Source: an uncultured Myxococcales bacterium (GTDB lineage: Bacteria > Myxococcota_A > UBA9042 > UBA3505). Taken from it: a stretch of DNA of 48,504 bases. The position numbers and the translations under genes are program-made. The stretch covers positions 1-48,504 of the forward strand of contig CAZQPP010000003.1 of assembly GCA_964594295.1 (NCBI GenBank), written 5' to 3'. This document shows positions 9,092-16,154 of the stretch, one piece after another. The stretch's first letter is position 1; each line of letters starts with the position of its first letter. The notes under the pieces were generated by a model that worked only from the letters and a program-made list of their open reading frames with translations, made no database searches and had not been told where the DNA came from.

Positions 9092-10219
9092 TCAGAGGAG
9101 CTCGCGTAGAGCCGCGCCGAGGACCGCGATGTCCTGCGCGTCGTTGTAGTAGTGGACCGAGGCGCGCAGGGAGCCCCGCCGGCCGTTGATGATGATCCTG
9201 CGCTCGTGCAAGGCCGCCACGATCTGCTCGCAGCGATCCGGATCCCTGGGAGTGAAGCCGATGATTCCGGACTTGCGCTCCTGCTCTCCGCGGAAGGAGT
9301 TGATGTTCACCGGCAGCTGCCGGAGCTCATTCTCCAGCAGGTCCGAGAGCTCCAACACCCGCGTGGCGATGGCCTCCTGTCCCAGCTCCCGGGTGATGCG
9401 GCAGGACTCCATGATGGCGGCCACCTGGGCGAATGGCAGGCTCCCGAGCTCGATGGCGCTGCAGTCGGCCCGGATCTGTGGCGGGTCGTTGGCCATGGCC
9501 CAGGGATTCTCGACACTGCACCAGCCGGGCAGCGGCCAGGAGCGCCCGGCCCGGAAAGCCGGGCTGGCGTAGAAGACCGCGTGGCCGATGCCGGCGCAGA
9601 ACCACTTGTGGCAGGAGGCCGCAAAGGCGCTGACCTTGGCTTCCTCGAGCGCTATGGGGAAGGCGCCCAGCATCTGGGTCCCGTTGACGATGAACGGCAC
9701 TCCGCGGCGCGCCAGCTCCTCGCCGAGGCCCTCGAGGTCCATCCGGAATCCGTGCAGGAACTGCACGCCGCTGACCACAACCGCGGCCGTCCGGCGACCG
9801 AGCTTGGAGATCACGTCCTGCGTCTCCAGACGACCGTCACGCAAGGGGATGAGCCGGACCCGAAAGCCGTGGTGGTGCCAGGCCAGAACCGAAGCCGGGA
9901 ACTCGTCGGCGGGAAGAAGCACCTCCCGCTCCGGCCCATCCTTCAGCATCAGGGCCAGCATGTTCATGAGCAGCGAGGTGTTGAGCCCGAAGCCGATGTC
10001 GGCCGGCTCGACTCCGAGGAGTCCGGCCACCTCCGCCCGCGCTTCGCCCAGAAGCGCGAAATACTCGTGCTCCTCTGCCGCGCCCTGCGCGCAGGTGAAG
10101 TCGTTCCACCTGGCCAGGGCCTCCCGCGTGCGCCGGTGCATTCCGCCGACCGCCGCCGTAGCCAGATAGGTCTTGTCCCGGACGACCGCGAACTCCTGGC
10201 GGGTGCGCTCCCAACCCAT
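9092..10219 (-). CDS. aminotransferase class V-fold PLP-dependent enzyme (cysteine desulfurase / selenocysteine lyase-like)
   Basis: Track ORF of 375 aa with the general class V layout. ASCHKWF provides the His-Lys PLP-lysine context. ATG 10219 has GAGGAAG upstream. Confidence 0.8.
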   Translation of the reverse strand: MGWERTRQEFAVVRDKTYLATAAVGGMHRRTREALARWNDFTCAQGAAEEHEYFALLGEARAEVAGLLGVEPADIGFGLNTSLLMNMLALMLKDGPEREVLLPADEFPASVLAWHHHGFRVRLIPLRDGRLETQDVISKLGRRTAAVVVSGVQFLHGFRMDLEGLGEELARRGVPFIVNGTQMLGAFPIALEEAKVSAFAASCHKWFCAGIGHAVFYASPAFRAGRSWPLPGWCSVENPWAMANDPPQIRADCSAIELGSLPFAQVAAIMESCRITRELGQEAIATRVLELSDLLENELRQLPVNINSFRGEQERKSGIIGFTPRDPDRCEQIVAALHERRIIINGRRGSLRASVHYYNDAQDIAVLGAALRELL

Positions 10220-10252
10220 TTGCTTCCAGCTTCCTCGTGCTTTGGGCCTGTC

Positions 10253-10418
10253 AGCCTAGTTCCCGTCCTGAAACTCCCGTTTCAGGACGGGGGCTGTTAG
10301 CCGTTAGCTGTTAGCCGTTAGCCAGGCACCTGAGATCACTGCATTCCGGCTAACCGCTAATCGCTAATCGCTAATCGCTGCATCCTGAAACGCGAGTTTC
10401 AGGATGCACACCAGCCTA
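10253..10418. repeat. 166-bp composite palindromic intergenic element, copy A (MITE/REP-like, or a structured leader RNA)
   Basis: 164/166 identical to 25078-25243 in the same orientation. It contains two perfect 13-bp-stem hairpins (10262-10291 and 10379-10408) and opposed heptamer arrays (10296-10323 GTTAGCC-type, 10348-10375 GGCTAAC/CGCTAAT-type). AGCCTA sits at both ends. Confidence 0.9.
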
Positions 10419-10572
10419 GCACACGCTCGCGGCGCATTCTCCCTCGGTGCTCCGCTTCAAGTCCGGACGCTGGCTCCACAATACCCGCCGCTGCTGCACT
10501 TTCCGTGGGCGAGCTGGGGTCGGCTCCTCTGTGGCCGTGGCGCTGACCGCGGCCGTGGCGCCGCCCGTCCCC

Positions 10573-10830
10573 TCATCCGTTGCCATCGGCGTGCTCCGCG
10601 ATCAGGTCTGCCACGCGCGCCCACCCCGCCGAGTGGATGCCGTGTCCCATGCCTTCGATCACCTCCAGCCGCGTGCCGGGATGGCTCGGGCGGTGGCCCG
10701 GGTGGCGGCCACCGGGAAGAGCGGATCGCGCGCTCCGTGGATGACCAGGGCGGGAGCGCGGACTCTGCGCAGGGCGCGGTGCGCGCGCAGGCTCCGACAT
10801 GGCGTCGAGCCCAACGATCTGTCATCTTGC
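10573..10830 (-). pseudogene. C-terminal remnant of an alpha/beta-fold hydrolase, frameshifted and lacking its N-terminal part
   Basis: Minus frame A reads RSLRAHRALRRVRAPALVIHGARDPLFPVAATRATARAIP and then reaches a stop at 10659. Minus frame B continues PGTRLEVIEGMGHGIHSAGWARVADLIAEHADGNG with its stop at 10573. Joined, the two frames give a typical hydrolase C-terminus. The junction falls in a C-run near 10677-10685, which implies a 1-nt indel. No GxSxG region can exist upstream because the plus-strand gene starts at 10857. Confidence 0.55.
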
Positions 10831-10856
10831 CGAAGATCACTGCCTGAAATGCGACC

Positions 10857-12248
10857 GTGGCTGAGCGCAATGGCATACGGCGCCGAGGGCTGCTCCCCCG
10901 TGGGCTGCGCGGCGCTTCGTTGATCGCGGCCGCTGTTGCGGTCGCGGCGGTTGTTGCCTACGCGGGCTTCTCTGCCTTCGACGGGGAGGGCCCCGCGGGG
11001 CGAGGCGCGAGCGATGGTGTCGCCTCGCACCCGGACGCCGCGGAGGTGGCCCGCAACTGGCCCCGCTTTCGTGGGCCCGACGGCTCGGGTCGCGTGGACC
11101 TGGCGGGTCTCCCGCTGAGCTGGGACGGCGAGAGCGGCGAGAACATCTGCTGGAAGACGGCGCTCCCCCTCGACGGGGCGAGCTCTCCGATCGTGTGGGG
11201 CGAGCGGATCTTCCTCACCGGGGCCAACGCCAAGGCACGCGCGGTCTACGGTCTCGACGCGCGCACCGGAGAGCTCTTGTGGACGCACGACTGCGCCGGG
11301 ATCAAGGGCTCTCCGCGAGGCAAGCCGCCCAAGGTCTACGGCGACTACGGTTTTGCTGCCTCGACGCCCGCTACTGACGGCCGGCGCGTCTACGCCGTCT
11401 TCGCCAACGGCGACCTGGTGGCGACCGACATGGAGGGCGAGCGGGTCTGGGCCACGAGCCTGGGGCTGCCGCAGAATCAATGGGGCTTCGCCAGCTCCCT
11501 GGTCATGTGGCGAGACCGGCTGATCCTCCTGTTCGACCAGCGGCGCCGCAAGCCCAACGTCTCCGAGCTGATCGCCTTCGACTCGGGGAGCGGTGAGGTG
11601 GTCTGGAAGGTGAAGCGCGACGTCCGGGGATCGTGGACCACGCCGATCCTCGTCCCCCACGGCGGGACCGAGGAGCTCGTCGCCGTCGCCGACCCGTGGA
11701 CGATCGCCTACGAGCCCGGGACCGGTCGGGAGCTGTGGCGGGCCCGCGGGCTGGGCGGGTTCGTGGCGCCATCACCAATCTTCGACGGCGAGAGGATCGT
11801 GATCGGGATGCTGGACTATGGGCTGACGGCGTTGCGGCCGGGGGGCGACGGGGAGGTCACGGCGAAGCAGCGTGCCTGGTCCAACGACGAGTCGGCTCTG
11901 CCCGACGTGGGCAGCCCCGCCAGCGACGGGGAGCTCGTGTTCACGGTGTCGACCTCGGGGACGCTGAGCTGCTTCGACGCCAAGACCGGCGAGCTCCTCT
12001 GGCAGGAGGAGCTCGAGCTGCGGACCTGGGTGTCGCCGAGCCTGGTGGGCGACAAGCTCCTCGTCTTCGGCCAGAACGGCGACGCGGTTGTGCTGGCGGC
12101 GAGCCGCGAGCTTCGCGAGATCGGGAGGGCGAGCCTGGGCGAGGGCCGCGTCTTCGCCAGCCCGGCGTTTGCTCGAGTGGCCGGCGCGCCGCGCATGTTC
12201 GTCCGCACGCAGAAGCACCTCTTCTGCATCGGTGCCGGCAGCCTCTAG
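10857..12248 (+). CDS. PQQ-like beta-propeller repeat protein (BamB-like fold) with an N-terminal membrane anchor
   Basis: Track ORF of 463 aa. An Arg-rich N-terminus is followed by the hydrophobic segment SLIAAAVAVAAVVAYAGF and then WPRFRGPDGSG. Repeated motifs of the type 'G..W' and 'a.d..tG..lW' are typical of PQQ_2-type propellers. Confidence 0.85.
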   Translation: MAERNGIRRRGLLPRGLRGASLIAAAVAVAAVVAYAGFSAFDGEGPAGRGASDGVASHPDAAEVARNWPRFRGPDGSGRVDLAGLPLSWDGESGENICWKTALPLDGASSPIVWGERIFLTGANAKARAVYGLDARTGELLWTHDCAGIKGSPRGKPPKVYGDYGFAASTPATDGRRVYAVFANGDLVATDMEGERVWATSLGLPQNQWGFASSLVMWRDRLILLFDQRRRKPNVSELIAFDSGSGEVVWKVKRDVRGSWTTPILVPHGGTEELVAVADPWTIAYEPGTGRELWRARGLGGFVAPSPIFDGERIVIGMLDYGLTALRPGGDGEVTAKQRAWSNDESALPDVGSPASDGELVFTVSTSGTLSCFDAKTGELLWQEELELRTWVSPSLVGDKLLVFGQNGDAVVLAASRELREIGRASLGEGRVFASPAFARVAGAPRMFVRTQKHLFCIGAGSL

Positions 12249-13699
12249 GGTGCCCCTTCCGGCGCGCCTATGGCGTAGAGCTGCTTGACGCCCCGCAGGT
12301 AGATTCGTTCGTCCACGAAGACCAGGGACGCGCGGATGCTCTCCTGCAGGCGGCTGCGCGCCACTCGCTGGTAGGTCCGCCCCGGGCGCAGGACCAGTGT
12401 CGTCGCGGACTTGTCGGTGATGAAGAGGAGGTCGCCCGCGAGGCTGAAGCTGCTGTAGACCTCTCCGAGGGGCAGGGTCTCGCGGTACACTGTGCGCCCG
12501 TCGGCCGCGTCGAGCACGTAGAAGGTGGCCTCCTCGTTGATCGTGTAGAGCAGCCCATCGTGGACGAGGGGCTCGTTGAGGTGGTGGCCTGGGTCCAGCG
12601 ATCGCTCCCAGAGGCTCTCCCAGGCGAGATTCGCGCCCTTGGGCCGTAGGTCGAGGGCGCGCGCACGCACGTCTCTGTCGTTCTTGTTTCCCACGAAGAA
12701 GACCCGGCTGCCTTCGACGACCGGGCCCACGAACCACAGCTCCGGACCGGTCGGTGCGAGGAGCTCGCCGGTCGCCGCGTCGGACACCTCACCTCCCGGC
12801 GTGACGACGACGTCGCGGCCGTCTATGTGCGCGCTCCTCGGCGTCCCGAAGTGCCGGTACTCCGGGCCTCGCCACAGGACCTCACCGGTGCGTTTGTCGA
12901 GGGCGGTGAGGCGCCCGAGCCCGACGATGAGCCGGTCTCCGATGAGCAGCGGAGAGGCCGCCTGGCCGTGCTTGTAGCCCAGCGGGAGCTTCGCGGGGGG
13001 CCCGATCCAGACGGTCCAGCGGGCGTTGCCCTCGAGGTCGAAGGCCGCCGCGACTCCGTTGGCGAACACGACGTAGACGTGCTCGCCGTCGGTGACCGGG
13101 GTAGCCGACGAGTACCCGACGAAGGGGATCTCGGGCAGGACATGCCTCGCCGTGGCGTCGAGGCGCCCCGTGAGCGTCTCGAGCTCTCTGGAGATCGCCT
13201 CGAGCCGCGCGTAGATCCCGGCGGGCTCACGGCCCCTCCGGGCCTCGCGCTTGGCGAGGCGTGCCTCCTGTCGGAGCTTGTCGGTGCGCTCTCGAATGCC
13301 CTCGGCTTCGCTCAGCGCCCGGACAGCTTGGTCCCGCTCGGACGGCGGCAGCGTCTGAAGGTAAGTGACGTCGCGGCTCCAGACGATCTCCCCGCTCCCG
13401 GTGTCGACGGCGAGCAGGGTGGTCGGCTCCGACGGCGCGAAGAGCCGGTCTCCGACGACGACCGGCGTGGCGTTGCTCCACGACGGCATGGGGCTCGTCC
13501 ACAGCAGGTTGCGCTTCAGAGACCAGCCCGCGACGGGCCGCGCGTCGGGCTCGATGCCCGTGCCGTTCGAACGCCACCCGCTCGCCTGCGCCCGGCCGAC
13601 CCGGGGAAGTCCCCCCAGCGCCGCGAGGGCCAGCACGAGGACCGCCGTCACTCGACCGGCCGAGCCGTGTTGAAGGGCGCAACGTCGTGATCCGACCAT
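12245..13699 (-). CDS. PQQ-like beta-propeller repeat protein, secreted, with an ~80-aa charged helical insertion
   Basis: From track ORF 12245..13819. I prefer ATG 13699 (MVGSRRCALQHGSAGRVTAVLVLALAALGG, signal-peptide-like) over the longer start. Propeller repeats of the type LLAVDTGSGEIVW and LTALDKRTGEVLW are present. Confidence 0.8.
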   Translation of the reverse strand: MVGSRRCALQHGSAGRVTAVLVLALAALGGLPRVGRAQASGWRSNGTGIEPDARPVAGWSLKRNLLWTSPMPSWSNATPVVVGDRLFAPSEPTTLLAVDTGSGEIVWSRDVTYLQTLPPSERDQAVRALSEAEGIRERTDKLRQEARLAKREARRGREPAGIYARLEAISRELETLTGRLDATARHVLPEIPFVGYSSATPVTDGEHVYVVFANGVAAAFDLEGNARWTVWIGPPAKLPLGYKHGQAASPLLIGDRLIVGLGRLTALDKRTGEVLWRGPEYRHFGTPRSAHIDGRDVVVTPGGEVSDAATGELLAPTGPELWFVGPVVEGSRVFFVGNKNDRDVRARALDLRPKGANLAWESLWERSLDPGHHLNEPLVHDGLLYTINEEATFYVLDAADGRTVYRETLPLGEVYSSFSLAGDLLFITDKSATTLVLRPGRTYQRVARSRLQESIRASLVFVDERIYLRGVKQLYAIGAPEGAP

Positions 13700-13766
13700 C
13701 GGGCGGCAGTGTACCCCCGGCCCGGCCATTGGGGAAACGAGGGTCGCGCCCACACCGAGCGTGTCC

Positions 13767-13795
13767 TTGACAGCCCTTTTTTGAGGCGAAACACT
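13767..13795 (+). promoter_or_regulatory. candidate sigma70-type promoter TTGACA-17 nt-AACACT, which may give a leaderless transcript for the FGE-domain gene
   Basis: TTGACA lies at 13767-13772 and AACACT at 13790-13795 after a 17-nt T-rich spacer. The preferred GTG start at 13802 sits about 7 nt after the -10 element. The call rests on sequence pattern only. Confidence 0.3.
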
Positions 13796-13801
13796 CGACG
13801 C

Positions 13802-14857
13802 GTGAGGACACGAGAGCATTGGAAGCCTGCCGTCGCGGCGGTAGCCGCGGCCGCGCTGGCCGGTGTGCTCTTCGTTGCGCTCCGGTCGGGCGAGGATGGC
13901 GCCAGCGACCTGCCTGCCGGCGGGGTATTTGTCGGTGAGCCCGGCGACGGTGACTACGAGGACGAGTTTCGTCCGGTCATGATCCCGCCGCCATCCAAGG
14001 GGCCCGAAGCGCCCGGGTGTCGCCGGGCGTCAGGGTCTCCGAAGGCCTGCCGGGTATCGAACCTCGATCGCTACGTCTCGGACACCGATCGCGAGTGCCT
14101 GCTCTACATCCCGGGCGGCCGCTTCCTGATGGGAGCGCAGTCGAGCGCGCCGGAGCAGCCCGGCTACGACCCTCGCGCCGAGGCGAACGAGGCTCCGCCA
14201 CACTGGGTGGAGCTGTCTCCCTACTGGCTGCACAAGCATGAGGTCGCGGCCGGTGACTACGCGGCCTGCGTCGCCGCAGGTGCCTGCTCGGGAGACAGCG
14301 TCCGCGCCGAGGGCCTGCACTGCACCTACGGCGACACGGGTCTCACAGACCACCCGGTGAGCGGCGTGACGTGGCGCGGCGCCGCCGACTACTGCGCCTG
14401 GCTCGGCGGCTCGCTGCCCACGGAGGCCCAGTGGGAGCACGCGGCGCGCGGCAGAGACGGCCGGCGCTTCCCCTGGGGCAACGTGGAGCCGCACTGCGGG
14501 CTGGCGAGGATGGCGGCTACCGACACCGTGGACATGTCGGACGACGAGTTCACGGGCTGCATGTACGACGGCACGAGGCCCGTCGCGCGCCTGACCTATG
14601 GTGGCCAGAGCGCCTTCGGCGCGGTCGACATGGGCGGCAGCGTCTGGGAGTGGGTCGCGGACCGATACGGGGAGTACGCCGCCTCGGAGCGCGCCGAGGA
14701 GGATCCAGCCGGACCGAAAGACGGCACACGGCGCGTGCAGCGCGGCGGCGGATTCGACGACGGCTCCGAGGCCCTGCGTTCGGCGCGGCGCGCTCACCTC
14801 GATCCGAGCGCGAAGCTGTGCGACGTCGGCTTCCGGTGCGCCTTCAGCGTCGACTAA
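13802..14857 (+). CDS. formylglycine-generating enzyme (FGE-sulfatase / SUMF1-EgtB-PvdO) domain protein, membrane anchored
   Basis: From track ORF 13709..14857, with the start trimmed to in-frame GTG 13802 ahead of the anchor WKPAVAAVAAAALAGVLFVAL. Motifs are HPVSGVTWRGAADYCAWLGGSLPTEAQWEHAARG, FPWGN, GSVWEWVADRY, RVQRGGG and GFRCA. Confidence 0.85.
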   Translation: MRTREHWKPAVAAVAAAALAGVLFVALRSGEDGASDLPAGGVFVGEPGDGDYEDEFRPVMIPPPSKGPEAPGCRRASGSPKACRVSNLDRYVSDTDRECLLYIPGGRFLMGAQSSAPEQPGYDPRAEANEAPPHWVELSPYWLHKHEVAAGDYAACVAAGACSGDSVRAEGLHCTYGDTGLTDHPVSGVTWRGAADYCAWLGGSLPTEAQWEHAARGRDGRRFPWGNVEPHCGLARMAATDTVDMSDDEFTGCMYDGTRPVARLTYGGQSAFGAVDMGGSVWEWVADRYGEYAASERAEEDPAGPKDGTRRVQRGGGFDDGSEALRSARRAHLDPSAKLCDVGFRCAFSVD

Positions 14858-14909
14858 AGCCGTGCGCCTGATAGGCTGGCGCCGTGAATCAACCTCCACG
14901 GGGGTAGGC

Positions 14910-16145
14910 ATGGGACCTCGACTCCTGATCGTCTTCGCGCTCGCGCTCTGCGCCCCGGCCGCGTTCGCCGCGGACCCGCCCAGCGCGACGGAGGGCTCCT
15001 GGCCGCAGTGGAACGGGCCCAACCGCGACGGCCGGTCGCCGGAGACCGGTCTCTTGCGCGAGTGGCCGAAGGGCGGCCCCGAGGTCGTGTGGAAGCGCAA
15101 GCTGGGCGGAGGCTTCTCGGGCATCGCGGTCGACAGGGGCCACCTCTACACGATGGCCTCGGACGACAAGGACACCTACGGCGTGTGCTGGAACGCGTTG
15201 ACGGGCACCGAGCTGTGGCGCACGCGGATCGACGGCCGCTACGAGGACAGCATGGGCGGCTCCGGGCCCCGCACCACGCCGACGGTGACCGGCAGGCGGG
15301 TGATCGTGATGAGCGGCACCGGCAAGCTGGCCGCGCTCAACGCCGTGAACGGCACGCTCGTGTGGCAGCGCGACCTGGTCAAGGAGCTCGCCGGCATCAT
15401 CCCCAAGTGGGGCTACTCCCAGTCGCCGTTGGTCCACCAAGGGCGGATCTACGTCGACGCCGGCGCCGTCCCGAACCGCATGTTGATGGCCTTCGACGCC
15501 GAGACCGGCAAGGAGATCTGGGGCTCGGGCATGGGACCCGCGGGCTACTCGTCGCCGATCATCTCCCGCCTCGCCGGCTTGGAGCAGCTGGTGTTCTTCG
15601 TGGGCAACCGCGTGCTCGGGGCGCGGCCGTCGGACGGCGAGATCCTGTGGGAGCGGAAGTGGAGCACGAGCTATGACGTCAACGCGGCGACTCCGCTCGT
15701 GGTTGGGCCGGACCGGGTCTTCGTGGCGAGCGGCTACGGCACCGGAGGCGCCGTGCTCGAGGTGCTCAAGGAGGGCGACGGCTTTGGGGTGAACGAGGTC
15801 TGGTTCTCCAAGAAGTTCAGGAGCCAGTGGGCCACACCGGTGCTCCACAAGGGCTACCTCTACGGCTTCGACGCCACGCGCTTTGCCTGCGTGGACGCGG
15901 CGACCGGAGAGGAGATGTGGGCTCAGGAGGGCTTCGACCGGGGCAGCGTCGTGTTCGCCGACGATCTGCTCTTCGTGCTCGGCGAGGAGTGCGACATGGC
16001 GCTGGCGGAAGCCACCTCGGAAGGCTTCAAGAACAAGGGCGCCTTCCACCCGCTGGGCGTCAAGTGCTGGACCGCGCCGTCCATCGCCGGCGGGAGGATG
16101 TACCTGCGCGACGAGAAGTACGCCGTGGCTTTGAAGGTCCGGTAG
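14910..16145 (+). CDS. PQQ-like beta-propeller repeat protein, secreted
   Basis: From track ORF 14598..16145, trimmed to ATG 14910. MGPRLLIVFALALCAPAAFAADP is a clear Sec signal. It is followed by WPQWNGPNRDGRS and repeats of the type ALNAVNGTLVW and AFDAETGKEIW. Confidence 0.85.
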   Translation: MGPRLLIVFALALCAPAAFAADPPSATEGSWPQWNGPNRDGRSPETGLLREWPKGGPEVVWKRKLGGGFSGIAVDRGHLYTMASDDKDTYGVCWNALTGTELWRTRIDGRYEDSMGGSGPRTTPTVTGRRVIVMSGTGKLAALNAVNGTLVWQRDLVKELAGIIPKWGYSQSPLVHQGRIYVDAGAVPNRMLMAFDAETGKEIWGSGMGPAGYSSPIISRLAGLEQLVFFVGNRVLGARPSDGEILWERKWSTSYDVNAATPLVVGPDRVFVASGYGTGGAVLEVLKEGDGFGVNEVWFSKKFRSQWATPVLHKGYLYGFDATRFACVDAATGEEMWAQEGFDRGSVVFADDLLFVLGEECDMALAEATSEGFKNKGAFHPLGVKCWTAPSIAGGRMYLRDEKYAVALKVR

Positions 16146-16154
16146 CTCGCCGCC

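Noticed and set aside
10296-10375. Heptamer arrays and GAAAC-containing hairpins considered as a CRISPR array or CRISPR repeat relic
   Set aside because: The units are 7 nt with no spacers. The four hairpins occur only inside the two copies of the 166-bp element. No cas genes or repeat-spacer periodicity are present in the window.
14598-14909. N-terminal extensions of several track ORFs (14598-14909, 17685-17825, 13700-13819, 44363-44602, 13709-13801)
   Set aside because: The extensions are Arg/Ala/Ser/Pro-rich, overlap neighbouring genes or divergent promoters, and precede internal starts that yield proper signal peptides, anchors or SD sequences.
10857-16145. Calling the propeller proteins genuine PQQ-dependent dehydrogenases
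   Set aside because: They are only ~400-480 aa. I could not identify the quinoprotein Cys-Cys, Ca or PQQ ligand signatures by eye. They look like the non-catalytic PQQ_2/BamB-like repeat family, so the cofactor question is left open.
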